Source: an uncultured bacterium (lineage in GTDB: Bacteria > Armatimonadota > Abditibacteriia > Abditibacteriales > Abditibacteriaceae). From it: a stretch of DNA of 64,000 nucleotides. The notes beneath the pieces were generated by a model that searched no databases, was not told the DNA's origin, and was given only the letters and a program-made list of their open reading frames with translations. The position numbers were made by a program, and so were the translations under genes. Positions 40,583-51,234 of the stretch are shown in pieces. Location: NCBI GenBank assembly GCA_963843795.1, contig CAWJLW010000006.1, positions 1,674,001-1,738,000 of the forward strand, read 5' to 3'. The stretch's first letter is position 1. Each line of letters begins with the position of its first letter.

Positions 40583-41656
40583 ATGCCCAGATACCGCTAC
40601 AAACCACCGCGCCAACCCAAAACTATCAAATCCCACAAAAGTGTTTTGTGGAGAGTTTTGTCGGTGGTTTCCGTTGTCTGGAGTCTGCATATCGTCATTC
40701 AGCGCGTTCAAAGCGTACGGAAAGTGGAAGCCCTGCTGCAAAGCGAATCAAGTTGCCCAGGTGTGCCTAAACCTCCAAGCTACGATCCCATTAAACAAGC
40801 GGAACGCACAGAGCACGCTCGCGCACTTTATGAGCTTTGGAAAGCGCGCGATCAGCGCGATGTGACGGCAGAAGTCGCGCCATTTCTCCAAGATGGAAAT
40901 CAAAATTTGCGTGAGAGCGCAATGCGTATACTGGCGCGTTTGAACACGCCAGCAGCCGAAACCGCGCTAATAAATTCCTTTGGAGTAATGGAAGATGACG
41001 ATATCTCTTCCGATGTCTTTCCAATCAGTTGGCGCATGACATTAAAACGCGCTCAAACCCGTAATTTGAAAGGCTGGGCGAAAGTCAACGCCGTTGCAGG
41101 CAGCGCCGGACTGAGTTTCAATGAAGTCGTGTTGCTTTCTGAAAAAATCAACGATAAGGCAAAATCGAGAAGGTCGGGGACGCAAGGTTACATTGTTATG
41201 TGCGAGATAATTGACCTACTCGATTCAATGGCCAGAAAAGGCGAGAATATCGAACCTTTTGCCAATCAACTCACACTTAATTCAGCGCAGAAAGTCAAAT
41301 TGCAAGGTGTAGCCTTGCCGAGAGATCAAGAACTCAAGCTCATCATAGATCATGTGCTAAGCCAGAATAAAGTTGGCATTAATGAAGAGGAACTCGGTAC
41401 CAATTATCTTCTCAGCTTAGGGCAACCCGCTACAGAAGCAATCCTTACATCTCTGCAAGCAGTGCAACAGCAACAGAAAAATTTTAAGAGTGCAGGTCTT
41501 GTTACTCTTATGCGCGCTGCTGCGTTAACCGAAGATTCCCGATCACTTTCGTTGTTGAAATCATTTGAAAACAATCCCGATCCCAAAATTCGCTACTATG
41601 CGATGCAATCGCGCGAGGCGATAGAGAGACAACTTTGGTATCCGCCCTTGCCATAG
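40583..41656 (+). CDS. Hypothetical membrane-anchored HEAT-repeat-like protein
   Basis: N-terminal TM; PFLQDGNQNLRESAMRILARL and NPDPKIRYYAMQS are HEAT-like. Confidence 0.6.
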   Translation: MPRYRYKPPRQPKTIKSHKSVLWRVLSVVSVVWSLHIVIQRVQSVRKVEALLQSESSCPGVPKPPSYDPIKQAERTEHARALYELWKARDQRDVTAEVAPFLQDGNQNLRESAMRILARLNTPAAETALINSFGVMEDDDISSDVFPISWRMTLKRAQTRNLKGWAKVNAVAGSAGLSFNEVVLLSEKINDKAKSRRSGTQGYIVMCEIIDLLDSMARKGENIEPFANQLTLNSAQKVKLQGVALPRDQELKLIIDHVLSQNKVGINEEELGTNYLLSLGQPATEAILTSLQAVQQQQKNFKSAGLVTLMRAAALTEDSRSLSLLKSFENNPDPKIRYYAMQSREAIERQLWYPPLP

Positions 41657-41682
41657 CATATCCAAACACCGAATGTCAAAAT

Positions 41683-43774
41683 TCACGAAATCAATTCGCG
41701 CAACGTCAGCAATTCATCGCGCAATTGCGCGGCGCGCTCGAAGTCGAGAGCGGCGGCGGCGGCTTTCATTTCGGTTTCCAATTCTTCCAGCATCCCGGGC
41801 AAATCTTCCGGTTTGGGTTTGGCTTTGCCAATGCTGCTCGGCATCAGTTCGGCGCGCGCATCGGCCAGAAGTTCGGCAATCAAATCGTCGCGAATCGCTT
41901 TTTGAATGCCTTGCGGCGTGATGCCGTTTTGCTCGTTGTATGCCAACTGCAATGCGCGGCGGCGCTTGGTTTCGTCAATCGCGCGCTGCATCGAGCCGGT
42001 GATGCGGTCGGCATACATAATGACTTGGCCTTCGACGTGGCGCGCGGCGCGTCCGATGGTTTGAATGAGCGAGGTATCGCGAGCGCAGAAAACCTTCTTT
42101 GTCGGCGTCCAAAATCGCGACGAGCGAAACTTCGGGCAAATCCAAACCTTCGCGCAGCAAGTTAATTCCGACGACGACATCGTATTTGCCCTGCCGCAAT
42201 TCGCGCAGAATCTGGCTGCGCTCCATCGTCACCACATCGGAGTGCAGATAGTTGACTTTGACATTGATTTCTTTGAGATAATCGGTCAAATCTTCCGCCA
42301 TGCGTTTGGTCAACGTCGTCACCAAAACGCGCTGGCCTTTGAGCGGTGCGCGCGCGAATTTCGCCCAGCAAATCGTCGATTTGGCCGCGCGACTGGGACG
42401 CACGAAAATTTCGGGGTCGATCAAGACCGGTCGGACGAATAATTTGCTGCACCAAATTGCCGGTGATATCATCGGCTCCGGCGACCATTGTTTGCGTGAT
42501 TGGCTTACCTTTTTTATCGGTCTCCGAAATCTTCCATGCTCATAGCCGATATGCTCCATTTCATACGGCCCGGGCGTCGCGGAAACGTAGATGTCGTCTG
42601 GCCGACGCCGCTCTCGAAATTCCTCGAACTTCAGAGGGCGATTATCGAACGCGGCGGGCAAACGAAAGCCGTAGTCGATCAGAACTTCTTTGCGCGCGCG
42701 GTCGCCGTTATACATGCGCGCGAATTTGCGGCAGCGTTTGATGGCTTTCATCGATGATCAGCAAGATAATCTTTGGGAAAATAATCCAACAAGCGTGAAC
42801 GGCGGGTCGCCCGGCGCGCGGCCATCGAGATAGCGCGAATAGTTTTCGATGCCGTTGCAATAACCCACTTCGCGCATCATTTCCATGTCGTAGCGCACGC
42901 GCTGCTTGATGCGCTGCGCTTCAATCAACTTGCCCTGACTTTCAAAAAGCGCGACTTGCTCGTTCATATCGCGCTCGATTTGCATCAAGAGCGCCTTCCA
43001 TGCGATCTTCGTCGGCGATAAAGTGAGTCGCGGGAAAAACCGTGGTGAATTTGCGATTTTCCAGAATTTCGCCCGTAAACCGGATTGCACGATTTGAATC
43101 GCTTCGATTTCATCGCCAAAAGTATCGACGCGCACGATATGATCGGCATCGCGCGGATGAATTTCCAGCACATCGCCGCGCACGCGAAACGTGCCGCGCA
43201 CCAAGTTCACATCGTTGCGCGCGAACTGCATCGTGATGAGCTTTTCCAGAATGCCGCGCCGGTCGATTTCGGTTCCCACGCGCAATTCCAGCACGTTTTT
43301 CTGATACAGTTCCGGCGTTCCCAAACCGTAAATGCAACTGACACGCTGGCGACGATAATCACATCGCGGCGACTGGAAATAGATTGCGTGGCCGAGTGGC
43401 GCAAACGGTCGATTTCATCGTTGCGCGAAGATTCCTTTTCGATAAAAGTATCGGTGTGCGGCACATACGCTTCGGGCTGATAATAATCGTAGTAAGAAAC
43501 AAAATATTCGACCGCGTTATCGGGGAAAAACTCGCGAATTTCCTGGCACAACTGCGCCGCCAGAGTTTTGTTGTGCGCGACAACCAGAGCCGGACGCTGC
43601 AAGCGTTCGATCACCGAAGAAGCTGTAAAAGTTTTGCCGGTTCCGGTGGCTCCCAACAAGTACTTGATGCATCAATCCATCGCGCGCGCCCTGCACCAGT
43701 TCGTCGATCGCTTTGGGCTGATCGCCGGTGGGCGCAAAAGGCGCTTTCATCACAAATTTTCCGTTTTTAGACAT
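41683..43774 (-). CDS. uvrB: Excinuclease ABC subunit B; many apparent frameshifts
   Basis: [59 protein letters not shown]-terminal UVR domain. Confidence 0.95.
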
Positions 43775-43889
43775 AGTTTCAGTGTATGATTTTGGGCGCT
43801 TTCCCACACGGAAATTTCGAAAGAGTGCGCTGCAAGTACTTGCGCGAAAAACTTATACTGCTCGAACCAATTACAAAAGGAAACAGAAT

Positions 43890-44927
43890 ATGAAAGGCGT
43901 TGTTTTACCCGGCAATCGACAGCTCGAAATGCGCGACTTCGACAAACCCACTCCGCAGCACGGACAGGTTTTGATTCAAATGAAAGCTTCTTCGTTGTGC
44001 GGAAGCGATTTGCGCGCGATTTATCGTCCGACCCAGCAGGGAACTGGCCCCGAAGCTTATCAGGGCGTCATTGCCGGGCACGAGCCGTGCGGCATTATCG
44101 AAAGCGTGGGCGAAGGCGTCGAGCATTTCAAAGTGGGCGACCGCGTGGTCGTTTATCATATCGCCGGTTGCGGCGTGTGCCACGATTGCCGCGAAGGTTG
44201 GATGATTTCCTGCACTAATCCCGAGCGCGGCGCGTATGGTTGGCAGCACGATGGCGGGCACGCCGATTACATGGTCGCCGATCAAAGCGTTTTGGTGAAA
44301 TTGCCCGACGAGCTAACTTATGTCGATGGTGCGATGGTCGCGTGCGGTTTCGGAACCGCGTATGCCGCGTGTTTACGCGCCAAAGTTTCGGGCGGCGACC
44401 GCGTTTTAATCACCGGACTTGGGCCGGTCGGTTTGGGCATGGCGATGATTTGTCGCGCGCTGGGCGCGCAAGTTTGGGGCGTTGAAATGACACCGGAACG
44501 CGCGCAAATGGCGATGGATTTGGGCGTCGAAAAAGTCGTCGCGCCCAGCGACAATGCGCTGGATGAACTGATGAAAATCAGCGACGATCACGGTTTTGAA
44601 GTCTGCATCGACTGTTCCGGCGTTGGCGCGGCGCGCAAATTATGTTTGGAAGCGGCGCGGCATTGGGGCCGCGTGGTTTATGTCGGCGAAGGAGGGACAG
44701 TTGAATTCGAGCCAAGCCCGCTGTTGTTGCATAAGCAGCTGACTTTGCATGGTTCGTGGGTTTGCTCCATTGGTCAGATGGAAGATTTGGTCGAAAATTT
44801 GGTGCGCTGGAACATTCATCCCGAAGACATCGTGACCGACCGCTTTTCGCTCGACCAAGCGCGCGAAGCCTACGAACTGTTCGATAGCGGCAAAAGCGGT
44901 AAAGTCGTGATTACGTGGGACGATTGA
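43890..44927 (+). CDS. Zinc-binding (MDR family) dehydrogenase
   Basis: CGSD, GHEPCG, CGVCHDC..C, GLGPVG. Confidence 0.92.
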   Translation: MKGVVLPGNRQLEMRDFDKPTPQHGQVLIQMKASSLCGSDLRAIYRPTQQGTGPEAYQGVIAGHEPCGIIESVGEGVEHFKVGDRVVVYHIAGCGVCHDCREGWMISCTNPERGAYGWQHDGGHADYMVADQSVLVKLPDELTYVDGAMVACGFGTAYAACLRAKVSGGDRVLITGLGPVGLGMAMICRALGAQVWGVEMTPERAQMAMDLGVEKVVAPSDNALDELMKISDDHGFEVCIDCSGVGAARKLCLEAARHWGRVVYVGEGGTVEFEPSPLLLHKQLTLHGSWVCSIGQMEDLVENLVRWNIHPEDIVTDRFSLDQAREAYELFDSGKSGKVVITWDD

Positions 44928-44974
44928 AAAGCGTGCTGCAAGTACTTGCTTGTTTAGGAAACGCAAAACCGAGG

Positions 44975-46135
44975 TTATGGGACGGAGAAAACAACGAACT
45001 GACGGTCCTTGGAGGTAGCGAGCAACTTTCCATTTTTCAAGAAAGTCTGCGGCCCAGTCGCATCAATTTGGCGCATCAACTTGCCATGGTTTATCTGCCA
45101 GACATTAACCTGACCGTAGTTGCTGGCAGCAGCGATAAACTGACTATCTGGCGAAAAAGTAAGATCGCCACCGCCAAACATATTTCTAATTGTGCGCCTT
45201 CCATTCTCAATGACAACATGCTCAGGATGAATCCAAATATCGTATAATTGGCCATCTTTGACTTTCCAGATTGCGATGCCGGCACCATGACATCCAGTTG
45301 CCAGCAATTTGCCATCCGGCGAAAATTGTAGCGACGAGATGACTGGCGGCCATCCAGCAGAGGAAGATGGCCAGTTTGCTGGTTGATTAGCAGGAAATTC
45401 CAAGTTGCGCACTATGGCACCAGTTTTCACATCTCGCAATTCGATAGAACCAGAGTAATATTGATATTTATAGATGCCAGCCGACTGAGAAAAATCGGCA
45501 CGACCTGCCATCGCCAGTAGTAAACCGTCGGGAGAAAAAGTCAGTGTTTGCGGAATGGATACCGATTTATTACGGCCATTGACAGTGAAATCTCCGATTT
45601 TCTTCCAACTTTTCATCAATTGTGCAGTCGTCGCATCCCAGAAACACAAATCGCCTTGAGAATTGAAGGCGGCTACAGTATTGTCAACAGGTGACGCGGC
45701 CAGAGCTGGACCGGCGACTTGGTTAGCTGCCACAATTTTGAAGTTCTTCGGATTGTGCAAATCGTAAATGGCAATGGAAGTTTGAAGTTGGTACTCAAAC
45801 TGTGCTCCGGTTCCGGCAATTCGATGTGAATCGGCCAGAACGGCCATCGAATGGGTTCCGATTCCGGGTGTGTAGGCTGGCGGACTCAGAGAATTTTTTC
45901 TCTGGTGCGTCAAATCATAGGACAAAAGCTGGCCCATCATTCCGGTATCGCCCTGCACCAGAAAGCGACCGTCCGGCGTGACACTCAAATTTAGACCTTC
46001 TTGTGCCACGCCAATCAAAGTCGGTAAGTGCGATTTTTGTCGCATTAAAACGACGAATAACAGAAGCGGTAAGGCACAAGCAACCACAACAGCAATAAGC
46101 TTTTTGTCTTTCATCATGCTCTCCAAACGAGACAA
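44975..46135 (-). CDS. Membrane-anchored WD40-repeat protein
   Basis: FSPDG repeats, FWD, IWK; N-terminal TM. Confidence 0.8.
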   Translation of the reverse strand: MSRLESMMKDKKLIAVVVACALPLLLFVVLMRQKSHLPTLIGVAQEGLNLSVTPDGRFLVQGDTGMMGQLLSYDLTHQRKNSLSPPAYTPGIGTHSMAVLADSHRIAGTGAQFEYQLQTSIAIYDLHNPKNFKIVAANQVAGPALAASPVDNTVAAFNSQGDLCFWDATTAQLMKSWKKIGDFTVNGRNKSVSIPQTLTFSPDGLLLAMAGRADFSQSAGIYKYQYYSGSIELRDVKTGAIVRNLEFPANQPANWPSSSAGWPPVISSLQFSPDGKLLATGCHGAGIAIWKVKDGQLYDIWIHPEHVVIENGRRTIRNMFGGGDLTFSPDSQFIAAASNYGQVNVWQINHGKLMRQIDATGPQTFLKNGKLLATSKDRQFVVFSVP

Positions 46136-46215
46136 ACAGATTCTTTTTGGGCTTTGTGCCTATTGTAACTGAATTATGCTGAATCATGGGAAACATTCCA
46201 TTAAATTTCACGATT

Positions 46216-46512
46216 ATGAAATCTGACAAGACATTAAAACTGCGCACAGCGGTCACCGGAGCCAGCGCGACGGGTGCAAGTACTTGCGGCGCGCATGCGA
46301 CTGGCGCCGCAGCGTTGGGCGCGGTGGCTATCGGCGCTTTTGCTTTGGGCGCGATGTCGATTGGTGCGCTGGCGATTGGCGCGCTGGCAATCGGCAAGCT
46401 GAGCATCAAAAAAGCGCGTGTGAAAGATTTGCAAGTCGGCACGCTGGAAATTGATACGCTGCGCGTGCGTCATCTGGAAATCGAAAAATCGCCCGCAACT
46501 GCTAATAACTAA
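46216..46512 (+). CDS. Small Gly/Ala pentapeptide-periodic hypothetical protein
   Basis: GASAT-GASTC-GAHAT-GAAAL-GAVAI-GAFAL-GAMSI-GALAI-GALAI-GKLSI. Confidence 0.7.
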   Translation: MKSDKTLKLRTAVTGASATGASTCGAHATGAAALGAVAIGAFALGAMSIGALAIGALAIGKLSIKKARVKDLQVGTLEIDTLRVRHLEIEKSPATANN

Positions 46513-46515
46513 CAG

Positions 46516-46553
46516 CAAAAAGCGCGTTGCAAGTACTTGCAACGCGCTTTTTG
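46516..46553. terminator. 38-bp perfect palindromic bidirectional terminator centred on the motif
   Basis: CAAAAAGCGCGTTGCAAGT|ACTTGCAACGCGCTTTTTG, filling nearly the whole gap between convergent stops. Confidence 0.85.
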
Positions 46554-46556
46554 GCA

Positions 46557-49094
46557 TTATTTCACCAAATAAATTGGCTCGATTCCCACATTAACAACCT
46601 TTTCGCGCGTGAGGGTGTTGCCCCAAACATCTAACGCCCTCAAACCACGAGCCATAGACAATTGATGCGTGGCAGCATCGTATGCCCACAGCACGCGCAC
46701 ACCATTGGGAAATGTATACATATCGACGCCATTTTTTGGTTCGCTGCGAATCGGAACTCCGCTACCATCGACCAGACTTTGCAGCACCACACGCGCGGCC
46801 AAAGCGGGTTTTAGCGAGTTATCCCATTCGTTCACGCGCCATTCGATGTCGCCCATCGCTGGGTCAGAGTGAATCGCGTATAAAAAGAACGCGCGCGTGC
46901 CGGTTGCCATGTAAGATACGTTAAAGCGCACCGCTTGCGCGGCCTGACCCGCAAGCGGCAAGCCGCCCGCTTGCGGTGTGTAAAACGAAGCCGGTGAAGA
47001 TGTGCCACCTTCGGTATTGACAATCGGCTTTATAGTCCCAAACTCATGCTGCGCCATGCGCTGTTCTTGAGTCAAGATAAAAGCGCGATTGCTTGCGGGT
47101 GGACCACCATACAGCGCATCGTTGTAATCGTGGAATGAGAAAATATCGTAATTTTCGGTGCCTGCGGCTTTCAAAACCGGTCGCGTCCATTTATCCAAAA
47201 ATCCTTCGGTCGTATCGACGCCAAAAATTTGCGCTCGTGGGTTGGCGCGATGCGCTTCTTCATCTGCCGCCTGCATAAATTTGGCATACAGTTCCGGTGT
47301 GGCGTTGGGATTGCCAGACGAAAGCCACCATTTGCCCCAAGGCTCGTTCCACACTTCCCAACGGTCGATGCGTCCCGCGTAATGCTTGGCGACAGTGCGA
47401 ACGTAATTGCGCCACTGCACCATGGCTTCAGGCTTATCGGGAATGTTCCAGGTATTGAAATACGGCTCGGTACGCGGCATAGTTGTCGTCCATGGCGGCG
47501 CGCCGTCGAGCATACCTAAAATAGCGAAACCGTTCTGGCGCGCTAAATTCACTGCGTTATCATAAAACTCAAACTTGCTGATCTCAGTTTCAGTAAACGG
47601 CCATTTGGCGATCATCGAAGTGTCGTGCAAGCGCAATTGATGCGCGCCTGCCGCTTTGGCAATGGCGAAATAGCGCGCGTTAAATGGAACGTGCAATCCG
47701 AAAAACGAGTTTTCGGCAGCTACCATTTTGCGACGTGGCAAACGCATCCACACCAATTCGACCGGAGCGGATAATTTTTTGTTGTTGGCATCAACGACTT
47801 GCGCGCGCAATTTCCAGACGCCGCTGCGATTATTCATCGCAGGCAGCGGCATTTTCGTCGCGGACAGTTTGAAATCTGGCAAAGCGCGCTCTCGTCCATC
47901 AACTTCCACTACATGAAGTTTCAATTTTGCACCTTGTGGCAATATCCCGATGGTCTGCACATCGAGCGCGCTTTTATCGTTGGGGTGAACAACGTGAGCG
48001 GGAGCAGACAGAAAAAGGCCCAGTTCAACCGGCGCAGAGAGTACAAATTCGGTCGAGGCGTGCTCGCTTTCTTCGAGCATAATGCCATCAATCCACGCAT
48101 GGCGATTGGGCTGAGATTTATTGAAATTGATGTTCAAACGGTACAGCGATTCGGTAATCAGCGGCGGAGTAAACGTCCAGGTGTAACGTTTCCATTCGGT
48201 CGTCAAAGTGAAGCCATGTCCTAGCGAAGTGTTCGGCAAACCGATGTAACCGCCGACATCCGGCCCATCGGCGCGCATCCACAATGAAAGAGTATGCGGT
48301 CGATTGAAATTGAGATTAAAAACTGGCGCTTGTAAGCTCACATTGTTTTCTACGTTCAATTTCCACGAGGCGCGGCCCTGCGCGGGATTGGTAAAATCCT
48401 GTTCCGGCTGCGGGTCGCGAAATTCGACCGCAGGCGAACCATTGACGCGCGTGTTCCAGCCGAATGGATGCTGCAATTCAAAGCTACCGCCCGCCAGAAT
48501 GTTACCCTTTTGTGGCGAAGCATCGGAAACCATGGTGGAAGCATTGCCAAATTCAGCATCATCGACCCAGTAAGTCATTGGTTCCGCCGCGCGCAGCATC
48601 ATAAAGGCATCGGTATCTTCGTTTAAGTTGGCCACGACTCGAAACTGCTTCCACTCGGGCGTCAACACGGCGACAGCTTGCCCGTAGGTCGTGTAAGGGT
48701 CTCCTGCCTTGCGCAGCCATACCGAAACGATTTTGCCTGGGGCGCCGCGCAACCACACGCTGAACAGATAGGAGTGATCTTTTTCCAATTTCACCGGCTG
48801 CACAAACTGTTGAGCGCCGCTGGCCACGCGCATCACTTCGATGCGCTGACACGCCGCGCCGCCGTGCGGATTCTGCGTTTCGCGCGTATACCGAATGTCC
48901 ACATCAGCCCACGCCGAATTATCTTCCCAACTTTTGGCAATCGCGCCGCTAATTTGCGCGCCTTTGTTTTGCGTGTCGCCGGTCGGCGCAACGTTAATGT
49001 AATCGCCCTCGAAACCGGAATTTTGCATCTCTTGCGCATGGGCGAAAGAGGAAAAGATGCAGAGAAAAGCGAAAGCGATAAGGGTTAATTTCAT
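46557..49094 (-). CDS. Secreted clan GH-A glycoside hydrolase (GH39/GH5-like) with two N-terminal CBM4/9-like domains
   Basis: Signal peptide; NSGFE..LTPEWKQF and GGSFE..LTTEWKRY; WEVWNEP, SFHDY, VNTEGG. Confidence 0.8.
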   Translation of the reverse strand: MKLTLIAFAFLCIFSSFAHAQEMQNSGFEGDYINVAPTGDTQNKGAQISGAIAKSWEDNSAWADVDIRYTRETQNPHGGAACQRIEVMRVASGAQQFVQPVKLEKDHSYLFSVWLRGAPGKIVSVWLRKAGDPYTTYGQAVAVLTPEWKQFRVVANLNEDTDAFMMLRAAEPMTYWVDDAEFGNASTMVSDASPQKGNILAGGSFELQHPFGWNTRVNGSPAVEFRDPQPEQDFTNPAQGRASWKLNVENNVSLQAPVFNLNFNRPHTLSLWMRADGPDVGGYIGLPNTSLGHGFTLTTEWKRYTWTFTPPLITESLYRLNINFNKSQPNRHAWIDGIMLEESEHASTEFVLSAPVELGLFLSAPAHVVHPNDKSALDVQTIGILPQGAKLKLHVVEVDGRERALPDFKLSATKMPLPAMNNRSGVWKLRAQVVDANNKKLSAPVELVWMRLPRRKMVAAENSFFGLHVPFNARYFAIAKAAGAHQLRLHDTSMIAKWPFTETEISKFEFYDNAVNLARQNGFAILGMLDGAPPWTTTMPRTEPYFNTWNIPDKPEAMVQWRNYVRTVAKHYAGRIDRWEVWNEPWGKWWLSSGNPNATPELYAKFMQAADEEAHRANPRAQIFGVDTTEGFLDKWTRPVLKAAGTENYDIFSFHDYNDALYGGPPASNRAFILTQEQRMAQHEFGTIKPIVNTEGGTSSPASFYTPQAGGLPLAGQAAQAVRFNVSYMATGTRAFFLYAIHSDPAMGDIEWRVNEWDNSLKPALAARVVLQSLVDGSGVPIRSEPKNGVDMYTFPNGVRVLWAYDAATHQLSMARGLRALDVWGNTLTREKVVNVGIEPIYLVK

Positions 49095-49166
49095 AAATTT
49101 ACAGCTTCGTTTTGCGCCTGTGCTGAGCGCGCGAAAAGGTCAGGAGCCGACGATTTGCAATACGCG

Positions 49167-49213
49167 CAAAGCGTCCTGCAAGTACTTGCGCAAGTAACTT
49201 GCGGGACGCTTTG
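49167..49213. repeat. Hairpin containing a tandem doublet of the motif
   Basis: CAAAGCGTCCT-GCAAGTACTTGC-GCAAGTAACTTGC-GGGACGCTTTG. Confidence 0.85.
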
Positions 49214-49227
49214 AATGGGAAACCCGA

Positions 49228-49635
49228 TTAATGGATCCAGACTTTCAGATAAAAATTTCCTGCACTGCCGTTAGTCGCCATTTGATTAATTGCGACGCGA
49301 ATTTGATAATCGCCAGCTTCGGTTTTGGGTGTGTCGAACCGATAGATTTTATCGGTAGTGGTTTGACCTGAAGGCGTTGTGACGAAAATTATTGGCACCA
49401 CACCTTCATCAATTTTGTGCGACGGCGTGCTGACTTTAATGCTCATCTTTTGTCCCTTTCGCACTGTGACGCGATAGAACCGCTCCGATTGATTTCGGCT
49501 CAGATATCCGCGCACCGTTTTGCTGCATGCGCCGCGTGCGAATTCGATGGGCTGCGGCGCAGGTTTCGCTTGCCCTGTACCCTTGGCTAATAGAAGCGCC
49601 CACACAGCGACCGAACCTTTACAATTCCACATCAT
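49228..49635 (-). CDS. Secreted hypothetical protein, PPC-like beta-sandwich
   Basis: Signal-like N-terminus; IEFARG..VRGYL..YRVTVRKGQKMSI..GDYQIRV. Confidence 0.55.
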   Translation of the reverse strand: MMWNCKGSVAVWALLLAKGTGQAKPAPQPIEFARGACSKTVRGYLSRNQSERFYRVTVRKGQKMSIKVSTPSHKIDEGVVPIIFVTTPSGQTTTDKIYRFDTPKTEAGDYQIRVAINQMATNGSAGNFYLKVWIH

Positions 49636-51157
49636 TCACCACCAGAGAATAAATCGTGTTCGCCGTCGCTTCGATGGCAATTTTCTTATTCTGCACAATT
49701 ATCGGCGAAGTGTGAAAAACTTTGTAAATGCCATCGCCGTTCGCAGAAACATTTTTCCCGTCGCCACTCAAGATCGACGCTGTGTTGGTCACGGTAATTT
49801 CGCCCCGATGGCCAGCGGATTTTAAATCCGATAAATCGTATTCGATAGGCTGCGCGTTGCCGTAATTCAAGGTAAGGATTGTCAATAAACGTTTGTTTTT
49901 GTCGTAGGCCACGATGCTGTTGTGATCGTTGCTACCAATGAGTTCCATACCGGGACGCAAAAAGCGCGACAATTGCGCCATGACGTAATATTTCGTGTAA
50001 ACCCATTTTGGCTTGCCGGTTTCAGGGTCGTTGGCATCTTTGCCAAATTCGGCATTTACCAAACCCCACGGGGAAGCCGGTTCAAGCGGCTGCCAGTAAA
50101 CCCACGCTGTGGGGCGCAGGAAATTGATGTCTTCAAAAATGGTTTGCGCCATCTTCATGCCGCCACCTTCGTTATCGCCGACTTCACTCATCCACAAGGT
50201 TTTGTCACCGACGTAATCTCGCAATTTTTCGCGCCATTTGTTGTCGCGCCATGGCTCCAAACCAGAATAAGCGTGAACATTGACTTGATCGACAAATTTC
50301 GCCGTGTCATGCTCTTTGAAGTACTTGAGTGTGTCGTAGGCAGCATTCATTGAATTTTCGTCCGAAGCGGCGATTTTCACGTCTTGCAAACCGCGCTTGT
50401 TCAGTTCAGCGCGCAAAAGGGGCAAAATTTCGTTCTGCTGTTCGCGCTTGACGTTGGCGCCTTCCTGATTTTTCGGATAATTCCACCAGCCCGCCGAAGG
50501 TTCGTTAAAGGGTTCGATGGTGTCAATGGGAATTTTCCATTCATCGCGCGCATGTTTGGCAACGGTCGCCAGATACAACGCGAAATCGCCGTTGTTCCAA
50601 CTTTGTAGGTTGCCACCCGCCGAACTTTTGCTGTCCATCATCCACCACATCGGCGCATTAGAAAACATCTCGACATGATTGACGCCGCGCTTCAAAGCCG
50701 CTTGCAGCAGCGAGCGCTGCGCCGAATCGCGCTTCCAATCCCAACTTTTCGAGTCGGGATTTTTATCATTCCAATGGAGCCAAAAACCATTGATATCGCG
50801 GTGCCACGGCATTTGAGGTGACATCACTTCTTGCGTGTCACCAATTGCGTCGCCATATCCGCCGCCGCCCAGATTGTAGCGTACGATATTAAAACCCAGT
50901 CCGGGTAATTTTTGGTCAAGATAAGAAACGTTTTTGCGTGTGAAAAACAGATCGGCATACAAATTCTGATAATTTTTTCCACCAACCGCGTGCGCCCACC
51001 ACGCCAGCGAGCAGCCCCAACCTTGCCAGATGCCACGATTATCGGTTTTGTCAACTTTCATGGTGTATTGTGCTTGGGCCGGTCTAACCAGCGCGCTCGT
51101 TAAAGTCAGCGCCGCTAAACAGCCAGAAACCAGATAACGCTTGGGTAAGTATTTCAT
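49619..51157 (-). CDS. GH30 glycoside hydrolase, endo-beta-1,6-galactanase-like
   Basis: WQGWGCSLAWWA, NIVRYNLGG, FSNAPMWWM, EPFNEP, LWMSE. Confidence 0.85.
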   Translation of the reverse strand: MKYLPKRYLVSGCLAALTLTSALVRPAQAQYTMKVDKTDNRGIWQGWGCSLAWWAHAVGGKNYQNLYADLFFTRKNVSYLDQKLPGLGFNIVRYNLGGGGYGDAIGDTQEVMSPQMPWHRDINGFWLHWNDKNPDSKSWDWKRDSAQRSLLQAALKRGVNHVEMFSNAPMWWMMDSKSSAGGNLQSWNNGDFALYLATVAKHARDEWKIPIDTIEPFNEPSAGWWNYPKNQEGANVKREQQNEILPLLRAELNKRGLQDVKIAASDENSMNAAYDTLKYFKEHDTAKFVDQVNVHAYSGLEPWRDNKWREKLRDYVGDKTLWMSEVGDNEGGGMKMAQTIFEDINFLRPTAWVYWQPLEPASPWGLVNAEFGKDANDPETGKPKWVYTKYYVMAQLSRFLRPGMELIGSNDHNSIVAYDKNKRLLTILTLNYGNAQPIEYDLSDLKSAGHRGEITVTNTASILSGDGKNVSANGDGIYKVFHTSPIIVQNKKIAIEATANTIYSLVVNDVEL

Positions 51158-51183
51158 GTGAAATACGACATTATGAACGTGCG

Positions 51184-51213
51184 AAAGTCGCTGTAAGTAC
51201 TTGCAGCGACTTT
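51184..51213. terminator. Hairpin centred on a one-mismatch motif copy
   Basis: AAAGTCGCTGTAAGT|ACTTGCAGCGACTTT. Confidence 0.7.
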
Positions 51214-51234
51214 TCTCACCAATGAAATGGAGTT

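Noticed and set aside
37737..43774. sdhA, sdhB and uvrB as true pseudogenes
   Set aside because: The recognisable catalytic motifs are intact and the defects are single-base indels typical of consensus error.
43728..43889. N-terminal extensions containing QVLA/CKYLQ/ASTC in several track ORFs (43728, 51241, 60518, 32934)
   Set aside because: These are upstream intergenic sequence read through the palindrome; the true starts are downstream, so those copies were counted as intergenic.
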